From an uncultured delta proteobacterium (GTDB taxonomy: Bacteria; Desulfobacterota; Binatia; UBA9968), in assembly GCA_963847445.1 (NCBI GenBank), contig CAWJZV010000014.1, forward strand, positions 96,001-160,000: a stretch of DNA of 64,000 bases. The letters are read 5' to 3'. A model generated the notes under the pieces. That model did not search any database. It saw only the letters and a list, made by a program, of their open reading frames with translations, and was not told the origin of the DNA. Of the stretch, positions 21,643 through 32,675 are shown in pieces. Both the position numbers and the translations under genes were made by a program. Position 1 is the stretch's first letter. Every line of letters starts with the position of its first letter.

Positions 21643-21729
21643 CGTCATTCCCGCGCACAGCGGGAATACCAACTTTGCGATCTGCGCCAAATTGGCGCGA
21701 GGAATATCCGACATTCGCGGGTATGACGG
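21643..21729. repeat. CGTCAT-type REP pair
   Basis: cgtcattcccgcgcacagcgggaat ... attcgcgggtatgacgg. Confidence 0.7.
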
Positions 21730-21780
21730 AACCCCGCAGGCTCAATTCGCGCGCATATCGTCCGCGCACATGTATTTTCG

Positions 21781-21857
21781 ACAGAAGACACGAAGGATCA
21801 CGAAGGTTCGGAGAATCAATTTTCCGAAACCTTCGTGTTCTTCGTGCCTTCGTGGTG
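21781..21857. repeat. CACGAAG-array hairpin element
   Basis: acacgaaggatcacgaagg ... ccttcgtgttcttcgtgccttcgtggtg. Confidence 0.8.
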
Positions 21858-21962
21858 CAATATTTCGCAGGCAAATCAGATTCCAAAAACACTGTGGAAA
21901 ATCTTCGCCGCCAATGTTAGGACGATTAGGTTTTCCAAGCAAAACCGACAAAGGAAACGACC

Positions 21963-22763
21963 ATGCTCACACCCGATAAAAATCGACAACCGCATCGACG
22001 CCCATCTCGGCATCCCCGACGGGCATCGGCAAACGGCCGGTGATCGTTCACATGCACGAACGCTACGGCATCGTGCAGCACACCATGGATTTGGGCGAGA
22101 AGTACGTCAAGGCCGGCTATGTCACCATCGTGCCCGACTATTTTTCCCGCTTCACCGGCGACCGCAAGGCGCTGGCCGAAGGCAACGACCGCTGCGAGCT
22201 CGATGACGAAGTCGTCCTGTCGGACACCGACGCGATCATGGCCTATCTGCGCACCGTGCCCCAGGCCGACATGACCAAGGTCGCCATGTCGGGCGTCTGC
22301 CAGACTGGGCGCCAACCGATATTAGTCGCAGCCAAGCGTGACTACCTTACGGCCGCGGTGGTGCTCTACGGCGCGGTCTACGACGCCGACTGGAAGTCCC
22401 ATCCGATGCGGCCCGAGTCCATCGAAACGCTGCTGCAAAAAATGCAGTGCCCGCTCACCGCGGTCTTCGGCGAACTCGACAATCTGATTCATCTCGACAA
22501 CATCGTCCGCATGACCGCGGTCTTGGCCGCGGCCAAGAAAAGCTTCGGCATCCGCGTCTACCCCGATGCGCCGCACGGATTTCTTGAACGACACCATGCC
22601 GGGCCGCTACCGCCAGCCCCAGAGCGACGCGGCATGGAATCAGATCACGTCGTTTTTGAAGTCGGTGTTCGCCGGCGAATGGAAAAAGGACCGGGCGATC
22701 TGGCGCTTCGAAGCCGACAGCTCGCTGGATTACGATTTCACCGCAATGAAGCGTTGGGAATAG
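21963..22763 (+). CDS. dienelactone hydrolase family protein (frameshifts ~22020, ~22585)
   Basis: HERYGI, GVCQTG nucleophile Cys, FGELD, YPDAPHGF. Confidence 0.85.
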
Positions 22764-22779
22764 CGCGCGAAGCGCGCGC

Positions 22780-22867
22780 AATTACAAATTCCAGATTCCA
22801 AATTCCAAATTTCGGATTTTCTGACGGCGATCCCTAATATGGAATTTGGAATCTGTAATTTGTAATT
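22780..22867. repeat. hairpin with 7-mer (AAATTCC) tandem arms
   Basis: aattacaaattccagattccaaattcca ... tggaatttggaatctgtaatttgtaatt (27/28 inverted match). Confidence 0.85.
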
Positions 22868-22941
22868 CCCCAGTCAAGCAAGCTTGACAGCGGACAGCAC
22901 GGCGAATACATTCGCGTCACCCGATCCCGAAGGAGCGCGCC

Positions 22942-23787
22942 ACGGCGAAACCAGAACCAGAAGCCTTCGATCTAGTCTCCGTCGACGAATCGAATCCGCT
23001 GACCACCAACCGGTTGTGGCAGCGCACCCGCGAGATTCTATCCGATTGGCTCGGCGTCATCGGCGTCGTCGGCTTTTTCCTCGGCTGGGAGCTCTCGACC
23101 CGGCTGGAGATCATCAATCCTTTCTACTTTCCGCCCTTCAGTAAGATCATCGCCAAAGGCTACGAGCTTTTCGCCAACGGCTCCATCTGGGAGCATATGT
23201 GGTTTAGCCTGACCAACTTCTTGATCGGCTTTGCCATCTCGGTGGTGCTCGGCGTGGTCATGGGCGTGCCCATGGGTTGGTACCGGGCGGTGCACAAGAC
23301 CTTCGATCCGCTCCTATCCGGCATTTACGCCACGCCGCTGATCGCCTTGCTGCCGCTGATCATCATGATGTTCGGCTTGGGCTCGGTGTCGAAAATCATC
23401 ATGACGATCCTCGCCGCGGTGTTTCCGATCCTGATCAACACCATGGTCGGCATCGCCAACACCGACAACCGTTTGATCACCATGTCGCGGGCGTTCGGCG
23501 CGCGCGACAGCCAGATCTTCATGAAAGTGTCGCTGCCCGGCTCGCTGCCTTATATCGTCGCCGGCATGCGCGTCGCCTTGGGCCGCGCGCTGGTGTATAT
23601 CGTCGTCGCCGAGCAATACGGCGCGGCCACCGGTCTCGGTTATCTGAGTTCGGTGGCGGCGCAGCGCTTTCAGATGGCCGCGATGTTCGTTCCCATCGTC
23701 ATCATCGCCGGCCTGGGCGCCGGCTTGAACGAGACCCTCAAGGCCATCGAGCACCGTCTCGACAAGTGGAAACCGCAAAAAGCTTAA
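22942..23787 (+). CDS. ABC transporter permease, SsuC/TauC type
   Basis: GWEL...PPFS, PLIALLPL, FPILINT, EAA-like loop SRAFGARDSQIF, VVAE; start uncertain (ACG at 22942 after AGGAG, or TTG at 23014). Confidence 0.9.
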   Translation, partial: TAKPEPEAFDLVSVDESNPLTTNRLWQRTREILSDWLGVIGVVGFFLGWELSTRLEIINPFYFPPFSKIIAKGYELFANGSIWEHMWFSLTNFLIGFAISVVLGVVMGVPMGWYRAVHKTFDPLLSGIYATPLIALLPLIIMMFGLGSVSKIIMTILAAVFPILINTMVGIANTDNRLITMSRAFGARDSQIFMKVSLPGSLPYIVAGMRVALGRALVYIVVAEQYGAATGLGYLSSVAAQRFQMAAMFVPIVIIAGLGAGLNETLKAIEHRLDKWKPQKA

Positions 23788-23810
23788 ACCAATCGTTTCG
23801 GGAGGATTGC

Positions 23811-24800
23811 ATGAAGTTGACCGGAAAAATCGTCGCGCTCGGTTTCTTTGTCCTGGTGCTGGCCGAAGTCAGCCATGGCGCCGACGCCCTGCGCAAAATG
23901 ACCGTCGGCCAGGCCGGCGTAAACCCAGGCGCTGGGCTATTCTCCATCGCCGTCAATCAGGGCTTCTACAAGAAGCATGGCCTCGACGTCGAGATAATCA
24001 AAACCAACACCACCGCCGCCGTCCAGGCGATGCTCGCCAACAAAATGCAGATGGCCACCGGTGCCGGCATGGCCGCTTTCGTCACCGCCAATCTCGAAGG
24101 CGCGCCTGGCTTCACCCTGGTCGGCTCCTGGGTGAACGTTTTCCCGTACAAGATCATGGCGCAGAAAGGCATCAGGAAGGTCGAAGACCTCAAAGGCAAG
24201 ACCGGCCATGTCGGCGCGCCCTTCGGCACCATCCCCGACACCGCGCTGCGTTTCGCCTTGGGCCGGCTGAAGATCGACGCGGATAAGGACGTCAAGTTGG
24301 TGCAGCACTCCAACGCCGATCCCGCCAGCATACTGGCCGCCATGGAAAAAGGCGAGGTGCAGTTCGGCATCCTGGCGCCGCCCTTCGATTTGATCGCCGA
24401 GCGGCGCGGTTATGAAATGCTGCTGGCGTTGCCCGGCTTGGGTATTCCCTGGCAGCAAAACGGCGAGATCGTGCCGACCGCGTACTTGAAAGCCAATCGC
24501 GACAACGTCGTCCGGCTGATGCGCGCCACCGCCGACGCTTCCAAGTTCTACTTCGACAACAAGGACAAGACTCTCGAAATCATGGCCGAATATCTCGGCC
24601 GTCCGCGCGACGAAACCGAGTACGCCTACAATCAATTCAGACGTTGGGTCGACAAGAGCCACCGGCCGCAGGTGGAAACGATCAAGACCACCTTGGAAGC
24701 GATCAAGAAAAATACTCCCAAAGCCGCCGGCGCCAACGCCGCCTCCTATATCGACACCAGCATCGTCGACCAGCTGATTAAGGAAGGGTATTACAAATAG
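23811..24800 (+). CDS. ABC substrate-binding protein, SsuA/NMT1 type
   Basis: GGAGG RBS, signal peptide, GFYKKHGLDVE, EDLKGKT. Confidence 0.9.
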   Translation: MKLTGKIVALGFFVLVLAEVSHGADALRKMTVGQAGVNPGAGLFSIAVNQGFYKKHGLDVEIIKTNTTAAVQAMLANKMQMATGAGMAAFVTANLEGAPGFTLVGSWVNVFPYKIMAQKGIRKVEDLKGKTGHVGAPFGTIPDTALRFALGRLKIDADKDVKLVQHSNADPASILAAMEKGEVQFGILAPPFDLIAERRGYEMLLALPGLGIPWQQNGEIVPTAYLKANRDNVVRLMRATADASKFYFDNKDKTLEIMAEYLGRPRDETEYAYNQFRRWVDKSHRPQVETIKTTLEAIKKNTPKAAGANAASYIDTSIVDQLIKEGYYK

Positions 24801-24812
24801 CACAGGCATTCG

Positions 24813-24881
24813 TCGAGGATAGAAGATGGAGGATAGAAATCGCGGGTCTGAAATCCATCTCTATCTCAATCCTCTATCTCG
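24813..24881. repeat. hairpin with 7-mer (GAGGATA/G) tandem arms
   Basis: cgaggatagaagatggaggataga ... tctctatctcaatcctctatctcg. Confidence 0.75.
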
Positions 24882-24962
24882 GCCTTTTCTCCCACGCTGT
24901 TTGACCGCATTCACGGTCGAGTGTTAGCATCCGCGCAGTTTGTGTTTAAGGAGAACTCATTC

Positions 24963-26096
24963 GTGAAACTTTATAATTTCGATCTGCTCGCCTATCCGCA
25001 TGTGCCCGCCGACGCGCCGCGCACGCCGGTGCCGAGCAGCTATTTCGATCCGGTCAAAGGCGCGGCCAATTACGCCGAGCATTTGGATGAGATGACCTAC
25101 TGTGAGGAGCTGGGCTTCGACGGCGTGGTTTTCAACGAGCATCACTACAGCGCCTACGGCACCATGCCCTCGCCCAACCTGATCGCCTCGGCGTTGAGCC
25201 AGCGAACCAAGAAAATCAAAATCGGCGTCCTCGGCAACATCCTGCCGCTGCGCAATCACCCGGTGCGCGTCGCCGAAGAATACGCCATGATCGACTGCTT
25301 CAGTAACGGCCGGTTGATCGCCGGCTTCGTCCGCGGCATCCCGCCGGAATATATTTGGTACGGCGTCAATCCCGAAGAATCGCGCGGCCGCTTCGAAGAA
25401 GCTTACAACTTGATCATGACCGCCTGGACCGAACCGGTGTGGAGCCATGAAGGCAAATTTTTTAAATTGCACGACTGCGCCATCTGGCCGCGGCCGGTGC
25501 AACAGCCCCATCCGCCGATCTGGATCGCCGCGCGCAGCGCGGAATCGATCGAATGGTGCGTCAAGCGCCATCTGCCCTGCGCCCAGGTTTACCAGACCAC
25601 CGGTCAGATCGAGGATACTTTCAGCTACTACCGCGCCCAGGCCAAAGAAGCGGGCTGGGACGCCAAACCGGAGCAGTTCATCCTGTGCCGCCATATCTAC
25701 ATCGACGACACCGAGCAAAAAGCCCGGGCGAACATTGAAGCGGCGATGGCTTATTTTTTCACCGTCTTCAACCGCGGCTTCAACGAAGCGATCAACAAAG
25801 ACGCGGTGGACAAACAGTTGCAGGCCGCCCTGACCAGCGAACGTTCTTTCAGCTACTTCCGCGAAGGCAATCGCGAACGTTTCGATTTTTCGAAGATGGA
25901 TTACGATGGCTTGATCAAATCCGGCTATCTGATCGCCGGCAACCCCGACAGCGTCGCCAAACAGATCCAAGACCAGATGAAGCAAGTCGGCGCCGACCAC
26001 TTCATGGGCATGTTCCACATCGGCAACCTGAAACATGACAAGGTGATCAACTCGCTCAATCTGTTCACCAAAGAGATCATGCCGCGACTGCACTAA
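24963..26096 (+). CDS. LLM class flavin-dependent oxidoreductase
   Basis: ELGFDGVVFNEHH, PSPNL, PVRVAEE, WPRPVQQPHPPIW. Confidence 0.92.
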   Translation: MKLYNFDLLAYPHVPADAPRTPVPSSYFDPVKGAANYAEHLDEMTYCEELGFDGVVFNEHHYSAYGTMPSPNLIASALSQRTKKIKIGVLGNILPLRNHPVRVAEEYAMIDCFSNGRLIAGFVRGIPPEYIWYGVNPEESRGRFEEAYNLIMTAWTEPVWSHEGKFFKLHDCAIWPRPVQQPHPPIWIAARSAESIEWCVKRHLPCAQVYQTTGQIEDTFSYYRAQAKEAGWDAKPEQFILCRHIYIDDTEQKARANIEAAMAYFFTVFNRGFNEAINKDAVDKQLQAALTSERSFSYFREGNRERFDFSKMDYDGLIKSGYLIAGNPDSVAKQIQDQMKQVGADHFMGMFHIGNLKHDKVINSLNLFTKEIMPRLH

Positions 26097-26113
26097 CCGG
26101 CGGCGAACGGAAT

Positions 26114-26181
26114 TGGAGTCATGGAGTGGTGGAGTGATGGGTCCGGATTCGCAACACTCCATGACTCCAACACTCCAACAC
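26114..26181. repeat. hairpin with 8-mer (TGGAGTGA) tandem arms
   Basis: tggagtcatggagtggtggagtgatggg ... caacactccatgactccaacactccaacac; single arm also at 18132-18159. Confidence 0.85.
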
Positions 26182-26199
26182 CCCCGGGGAGGCTTGCGA

Positions 26200-27185
26200 A
26201 TGATCCATCGAGCGCGTATCTGCCGTCTGGTATTCGCTTTTTTTGCGATCACCGCTTTCTTAATGCTGGGGTGGCCCCTCCGCCCTCGCCCAACCCGTGC
26301 GCATCGCTGTCGGCGCCGCCAGCATATCGTCACTGCCAACCTGGGTGGCTCAGGACAGCGGTTTCTTCACTCGGGAGGGCGTGCCGGCGGAATTGATCTT
26401 CATTCGCGGCGGGCCGCAGACGATGTCAGCCCTGATAAGCGGCGAGGTTCCCTTCGCGCAAATTTACGGCGGTGCGGTGATCGCCGCAGCATTGACTGGC
26501 GCGGACGTGGTCATCGTCGCCGGGATCGTCAACTCGCCGTTCTTTTCCATCGTCACCACCAAAGGCATCGACAAGCCGGAGGATCTGCGCGGTAAAAAAA
26601 TCGGCATCACCACCTTCGGCTCGGCGACGGACTTCGCCCTCCGCCTGGCGCTGAAAAAATGGCACATCAAGGCGGACAGTGAAGTGAGCATCCTGCAGAT
26701 GCGCGGCGTGCCGGAAATGCTCCCGGCAATGGCGGCGGGGGCGCTCCACGGCGGAGTCATGTCGCCGCCGACCAACATGATCGCGATTCGCGCCGGCTAC
26801 AAAGAGCTGGCGTTCTTGCCGCAGATCGGCGTTTCGTTTCAACACACCAGCTTGGCGACCAGCAGGAAATATTTAGAGCGCAATCGGCCGGCGGCGCTGA
26901 AAGTGATGCGCGCCTATCGCGCCGCCATCGAACGGATTAAAGCCGACAAGGCCTTCACCGTGAAAACTCTCGGCGAAATACATGAACACCCAGGACAACG
27001 TGGTGTTGGACTACAGCTACAACACCGGCGAGCCGCTGTTTCGCCCGCTCTCCTACCCGACCATGGAAGGAATCCAAGCGGCGCTCGATTTTTTGGGCGA
27101 CAAAGAACCCAAGGCAAAACTCGCGCAGCCGAAAGACTTCGTCGATGCCAGCCTGCTCGACGAGATCGCCAAAGCGGCGCGCTAA
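26200..27185 (+). CDS. ABC substrate-binding protein, SsuA/NMT1 type (frameshifts ~26280, ~26975)
   Basis: WVAQDSGFF, DLRGKKIGITTFGSATD, YPTMEGIQ...KDFVDASLL. Confidence 0.85.
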
Positions 27186-27208
27186 CACAGCGTCACCGAG
27201 GAGTCTGA

Positions 27209-28182
27209 ATGATAATCGAGCCGAACTAACCGAGTTGTCCGCCGCTTCGCGACTATTTGTCCTTTTGCTCCTATCGATCCTATCCGTCCGATCGATTGCC
27301 GCCCAAGAGCGCATCACCTTGGGCTTGACCACGCGCAACGGCAGCACTTCGCTGCCCTATGTGGTCGCCGAGGAAAAAGGCTTTTTCAAGGCCGAGGGGC
27401 TGAACGCCATCGTCGTGATTATGCAGAACCAGGTGGTGGTCAACGGCGTGTTCAGCCGCCATGTCGATTACGGCGGCACGTTTTCAAACTTCGTCGGCGC
27501 GGCGATGTCCGGCGCGCCGGTGCGCATCGTCATGTCGGTGATGGACGGCGCCGACCATTTTCTCGTCACCAGCCCGAGCATCAAGCGGGTCGAAGATTTG
27601 AAGGGCAAGACGTTCGGCATCAGCAGCTTCGGCGGCACGCCGCACAGCGAAGCCATCGCGATCTTGAACAAATATAACCTGAATCCGGATAAAGACGTGA
27701 CCTTCTTGCAGGTCGGCGGCAGCTCGGCGCGCTACCTGTCGCTGGAGAGCGGCTCGATCCAGGCCGCCATGATCGTGCCGCCGTTCAATCACCTGGCCAA
27801 GAAGCGCGGCTTCAATCAACTGCTCGGCTTCAACGACATCATGAGCATGCCGGTCGGCGGCCTGGCGGTGCACACGCAAAAGATGAAGGAGAAGCCCGAT
27901 GAGATCGTCAAGATGATCCGCGCTTTGATCAAGAGCCTGGAATTTATTCGCACGCGCAAGGCCGATGTCCTGGCGATCATCGACAAACAATGGGGCATCA
28001 AAGAAGCCGATGTCAGAGAAGAGATGTACCGCGAAATGATCGGCCTGTTCAGCCGCACCGGCATCGGCCCCGACGAAAGCATGCGCAACGTCATCCGGCT
28101 TGGTGCGCGAACCCGCAAGAACGCGCCGGAGGTCGGCATCGCCGATGTGGCGGACTGGAGCTTTGCGCGCAAAGCGCAGTGA
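27209..28182 (+). CDS. ABC substrate-binding protein, SsuA/NMT1 type (start uncertain)
   Basis: AQERITLG, AEEKGFFKAEGL, DLKGKTFGISSFGG, VADWSFARKAQ. Confidence 0.85.
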
Positions 28183-28195
28183 CGGAGAACGTAGT

Positions 28196-28269
28196 CCGTG
28201 TTCGTGGCTCGTGATCGTAATTCGGATCCGGTCTGAAAACGAACACGATCACGAACTCGACGAACACGG
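28196..28269. repeat. hairpin with 6-mer (NTCGTG) tandem arms between convergent genes
   Basis: ccgtgttcgtggctcgtgatcgt ... acgatcacgaactcgacgaacacgg. Confidence 0.75.
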
Positions 28270-28279
28270 CTTTCAATTT

Positions 28280-29266
28280 CTAGCCGCCCAGTTTCTTAAA
28301 GAACCCTTCCTTCTCCAGCTCGTCCATCAACGAGTGATCGACGAACTCTTCCGCCTTGCGATTTTTGAAGTCGGGGTTTTGCTCGGCGTAGAAATTGATC
28401 GTATCGCGCACGCCGCTCATGTTGACGCGCGGCGGAAATGAAAAGCGCGGCGCGAAGTAGTCGTAAGTCGATCGTACGGTCTCTGGATCTTCGACCCGCA
28501 TGCGGTTGGCAAATACCTTCATGGTTCTCTCGCGATCGGTCTTGATCGTGTGGATCGCTTCGGCGTAGGCGCGCAGGAATCGTTTCACCCGGTCGCGATT
28601 CTCCCTGAGTGAGCTGCCTTTCACGTATAAGGAAGATTGGGTGAAGTTGCTGCTCATATCGCCCATGTCGGCCAACACTCGATAGCCGGCTTTGACCGCG
28701 ATCGTCAGATGCGGCGGCGAGAGAATCGTCGCATCCATGCGCCCCGCCATCAGCGAACCCAAGCGCGTCGGCGCGTCGCCGCCGATGACGATTTGAATAT
28801 CGGCGAGTTTCAAGCCCCACTCTTTGAGCGCGAGTTGCAGGGCGAGATCGTTGGAACCGCCGTAGTTGAGGATATTGACCCGCTTGCCGCGCAAGTCGTT
28901 GGGAGAGCGAATGTCGGGCCGGACGACGAAGGCGTAGGGGAATTTGTTGTAAGACGCCGCGATGACTTTTATGTCCGAGCCTCTGACCGCGGCCGCCAGC
29001 GGCCCAGTCGCCGACCCGGTGGAAAAGTGCGTGCTGTTACCCAGCAGCGCGGCGACGGAGCGCGCCGCGCCGGTGATCATGATCACCTCGACGTCGAGCC
29101 CGTGCTTCTCGAAAATCTTTAAATCCTTGGCAACCCAGGTCGCGCTTTGAAACCCGGCGTGACCGCCGTAATCGGCGATCAGTTTCTCCGCCGCCATCTG
29201 CGGTTTCATGCCTACCGAGAAAATAGACCCAACAAACCGAGCACAAACACCGTTGGCATGTTTCAT
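28280..29266 (-). CDS. ABC substrate-binding protein, SsuA/NMT1 type
   Basis: WVAKDLKIFEKHGLDVE, DLRGKRV, FVDHSLMDELEKEGFF. Confidence 0.88.
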   Translation of the reverse strand: MKHANGVCARFVGSIFSVGMKPQMAAEKLIADYGGHAGFQSATWVAKDLKIFEKHGLDVEVIMITGAARSVAALLGNSTHFSTGSATGPLAAAVRGSDIKVIAASYNKFPYAFVVRPDIRSPNDLRGKRVNILNYGGSNDLALQLALKEWGLKLADIQIVIGGDAPTRLGSLMAGRMDATILSPPHLTIAVKAGYRVLADMGDMSSNFTQSSLYVKGSSLRENRDRVKRFLRAYAEAIHTIKTDRERTMKVFANRMRVEDPETVRSTYDYFAPRFSFPPRVNMSGVRDTINFYAEQNPDFKNRKAEEFVDHSLMDELEKEGFFKKLGG

Positions 29267-29394
29267 CTCACGCTCCTTTCGGCACGCGGAATAATAGGTG
29301 GTTTGCCACCATACGGTCAAGATAGTTGGCGCTTTGCTTGACAGCTTCACGGCGCTGAAATATCTCTCCAAAGACCAAGAAAGGAACCCATATT

Positions 29395-30590
29395 ATGAGC
29401 ATCAGAGGAAAAACCGCGGTGGTTGGCATCGGCGAAACGCCCGACGGACCGGCTCGGCAGCAAACCCGGCGAGCCGCGCAAGTCGACCGCCGAGTATCTC
29501 GCCTGGGCAGCGCGTCTGGCGATCGAAGACGCCGGCTTGACCAAGAAGGATTTCGACGGCCAGGGTTTGGCGGCGATTTACACGACCAATCATTCGCAGC
29601 CCTTCTGGCCCGAAGAAGTGGCGGCGATACTCGGCATCACACCGGGAGTATCCCTCGCCGGCGGCAACGGCGGCGCCAGCTCGGTATCGCTGTTGGGCCA
29701 CGCCGCAGCGGCGATCTCCGCCGGGTCTTTGCGATTTCGTTCTGGTCATCGCCGCAGCCGCGCCCTTCAGCGAGCACGGCGGCCATCGCGGCGCCCACGG
29801 CGACACCCGCGACTTCGAGATGCCCTTCGGCGTCATGGGACCCAATTGCAAGATTTCTTTCGTCATGAGCCGCTACATGCATGAGTCGGGCATGACCGAC
29901 GACCACTTCGGCAAAGTCGCCGTCACCGGCCGCTATCATGCCTCGCTCAATCCCAACGCCTATTTGCGAAAGCCGATCACCCTCGAAGACTACAAAAAAT
30001 CGCGCATGATCTCCGATCCGATCCGCCTGTTCGACTGCGTCATGCCGGCCAACGGCGGCAAAGCCTACATCATGACGTCGGCGGAGCGGGCAAAAACCAT
30101 GCGCAAGCCGCCGGTCTATCTGCTCGGCTGGGGCGAGTGCAACAACGCCAGCTTCGGGCCGCGCTATCGCGCCAATCCGTTGATCACCGGCATCACCGAC
30201 GCCGGCAAGCGCGCCTTCGCCATGTCGGGAGTCGCGCACAAAGATATTCGCTGTTTGAATCTCTACGACGACTATATTCCGGTGGTCATGATTCAGATCG
30301 AGGATCTCGGCTTCTGCGGCCGCAACGACAAAGCCTTCTTCGAGAAAACCGATTTCACGTTCAAAGGCGACCTGCCGATCCAAACCAGCGGCGGCATGAT
30401 CAACTGCGGCCAGCCGTCGACCACCGGCGGCATGCTGCATGTCATCGAAACCGTCCGGCAGATCCGCGGCGAAGGCGGCGAGCGCCAGGTGCCGAATATC
30501 AAGTTCGGTATCAGCACCGGCGTCGGCGCGGTCAACTACGGCAAGAATTTCGGCTGCACCGCCGCGGCGATCCTCGGCAGCGAATCGTAA
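29395..30590 (+). CDS. SCP2-type thiolase family protein (frameshifts ~29440, ~29728)
   Basis: TAVVGIGET, HASLNPNA, DPIRLFDC, LYDDY, QTSGG, QIRGEGGERQV. Confidence 0.88.
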
Positions 30591-30613
30591 GCGTGCGTGA
30601 CGATGAATTCGTT

Positions 30614-30677
30614 TCACCACGAAGGCACGAAGGCACGAAGTTCGCGAATTCATTCCGAACTTCGTGATCTTCGTGCT
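30614..30677. repeat. CACGAAG-array hairpin element
   Basis: tcaccacgaaggcacgaaggcacgaagttcg ... cgaacttcgtgatcttcgtgc. Confidence 0.8.
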
Positions 30678-30713
30678 CGAACGAATATCTCACGCATACC
30701 TCAGGAGTTCACC

Positions 30714-31144
30714 ATGGCAGAAGAAAAAGTATTTAAAAAACCTCTCCCCGAAGTGACCCCGGTCAACCAACCCTTCTGGGATGGCGCCAAAGCCGGCAAA
30801 TTGATGATGCAGAAATGCGCCAACTGCTCGCACCTGGGTTTTCCCGCCGCGTCCGGTGTGCGGCGATTGCGCCAGCGAAAAACTCGACTGGGTGCAGGTC
30901 AGCGGCAAAGGCAAAGATCTTTTGCTTCACGATCATTCGTGAAGTCGTCGGCACCGCGCTGCGCGGCTTCGGGCCCGACATCCCCTATGTCACCGCCTGG
31001 GTCGATCTCGACGACGGCCCGCGCCTGTGCAGCAACGTCATCGGCTGCCCCATCGAGCAAGTGAAGATCGACATGCCGGTCGTGACCGTGTTCGAAGATA
31101 CCGGCGACGGCATCACGCTGCCGAAGTTCAAACCGGCGGCGTAG
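30714..31144 (+). CDS. Zn-ribbon/OB-fold protein (DUF35, ChsH2-like), frameshifted
   Basis: PFWDGAKAGKLMMQKCANC, CGDC, SGKG, PYVTAWVDLDDGPR; follows the thiolase. Confidence 0.88.
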
Positions 31145-31219
31145 CTAAGCATTTTTGACATGACGGGCCGCTAGCTCTGCCGCCCGCTACTGATTGGCGC
31201 TTGGTTGAACCGTTGAATC

Positions 31220-31516
31220 ATGGCTGCGAAATTCGAATGGGATAACCGAAAAGCCAAAACTAACAGAGCCAAGCATCGAGTTTCCTTCGATGAGGCACTC
31301 ACAGTATTTGCCGATCCGCTGGCGCGAATTTTTGACGATATTGACCACTCAAACTCAGAAAGACGCGAGATCATCGTTGGCTGTTCAGCGCGGCAGCGCT
31401 TACTGCTAGTGTGTTTTGTCGAAAAAGGAGCTACAATCCGGATCGTAAGTGCAAGGACTGCTACCCGTAGAGAGCGCCGCGATTATGAAGAAAACCAGAG
31501 CACGCAAGAAGATTAA
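31220..31516 (+). CDS. brnT: BrnT family toxin
   Basis: FEWDNRKAKTNRAKHRVSFDEALTVFADP, HSNSERR, IRIVSARTATRRERRDYE. Confidence 0.92.
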   Translation: MAAKFEWDNRKAKTNRAKHRVSFDEALTVFADPLARIFDDIDHSNSERREIIVGCSARQRLLLVCFVEKGATIRIVSARTATRRERRDYEENQSTQED

Positions 31517-31738
31517 CCGCGATACGGTAACAGACATGAGACCGGAATATCGTTTCGACTATCGAAACAGCACATCCCAACCGATTTGCCCACTTGATGC
31601 GCGAAACCACCGTGACGGTGTACACTCGATCCCGATGTCGCAAGAGTTTTCCAAAGTTCCGCTTCGGTTAATTCACTCTTGCGTTCGGTTATTTCTGCAT
31701 TCCCCAGGCAGCCCAGAAAACAAGCAAAATCAGCTTAA
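31485..31738 (+). CDS. putative BrnA-like antitoxin (frameshifted)
   Basis: Overlaps the toxin end; DMRPEYRFDY...NRFA...LDPDVARVFQSSASVNSLLRSVI. Confidence 0.75.
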
Positions 31739-31814
31739 CATTCGTTTACGTGCGGCCGCTGGAAATCGAATAGCGAATAAACCACTGGGATTAGAACTGC
31801 GTCCTATTCCTAGT

Positions 31815-32675
31815 TCATCGCCCGGTAATCACCGCGATCCCCGCCACCAACAAGATCGAACCGATCACCACCAGTCGGGTGATCTTCTCCTCGCCGCGCA
31901 AAAACATCGCCGTGAAAGCGATGATGAACAACGGTGTGGTGTTGATGATCGGACTGACCACCGATACCTCGCCGGCGTGCAAGGCGTGAAAGTTAAATAG
32001 CTGGCCGACCAGGGCGAATAACGCGGCGGCGCCGTAGTATGGCAAGCAACCGCCGCGGAATTTGAGTGATCCGAGTGTCCCCGAAACCCCGAGCGAGATG
32101 AGCAGGCATAAAAACGACGTCGTGCTGCTGACCGTCGAAGCGATCAACGGCTCGTCCATCGTCAGCAAACCCAATTTGCGAATGTTCTGCGACACAGAAG
32201 CGAGTAGGGCTGCTCCCAATGGGAACAGAATATCGACGGTGCGCCACTTGGCTTCGCCTACCCGGCGGTAAGAAACCAGCCAGGTTCCCAGCACCGTTAG
32301 GATCGCGCCGGCATAGACGAACAGCCCAGGCCGTTCGCTCAAAACGAAGAACGCCAGCGCCATGGTAAACAGCGGCGCCGTGCCGCGCAGCGGGCCGGCG
32401 CGCGACACGCCGAGGCGAATGATGCCCATGTAGAACAGCACGCGCACCATCGCCGGTTGGATCACGCCGCTGGCGACGAAGTACAAGTTGGCCGAATGAA
32501 AAATCTTTTCCGCGGGAAACTGCGCGAAGATAAACGGCACCAGAAACACGACCGAAACCAGGAAACTGATAAACGCCGCGGTCGACGCGTTGGAGAACGC
32601 CGTCCCCTTGCGCACGAGGATCGAATCCACCGCCCACGCCGCCGCCGATAACAGTGCCCAGATCTCGCCGCTCAT
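31815..32675 (-). CDS. DMT/EamA family transporter
   Basis: ~10 TM helices in two repeats; GVSRAGPL, VSVVSPI, LRGEEKIT. Confidence 0.9.
   Translation of the reverse strand: MSGEIWALLSAAAWAVDSILVRKGTAFSNASTAAFISFLVSVVFLVPFIFAQFPAEKIFHSANLYFVASGVIQPAMVRVLFYMGIIRLGVSRAGPLRGTAPLFTMALAFFVLSERPGLFVYAGAILTVLGTWLVSYRRVGEAKWRTVDILFPLGAALLASVSQNIRKLGLLTMDEPLIASTVSSTTSFLCLLISLGVSGTLGSLKFRGGCLPYYGAAALFALVGQLFNFHALHAGEVSVVSPIINTTPLFIIAFTAMFLRGEEKITRLVVIGSILLVAGIAVITGR

Noticed and set aside
21398-21979. ORFs over repeat-rich spacers (also 42272..42900, 51377..51852, 58901..59216)
   Set aside because: Translations derive from REP and hairpin repeats (TTKARR, LRVLRAFVV) and are not credible proteins.
24957-26339. 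Long antisense ORFs (also 3780..5009, 29637..30653, 33881..34771, 40768..42300)
   Set aside because: Shadow frames of GC-rich genes on the opposite strand with no recognisable motifs.
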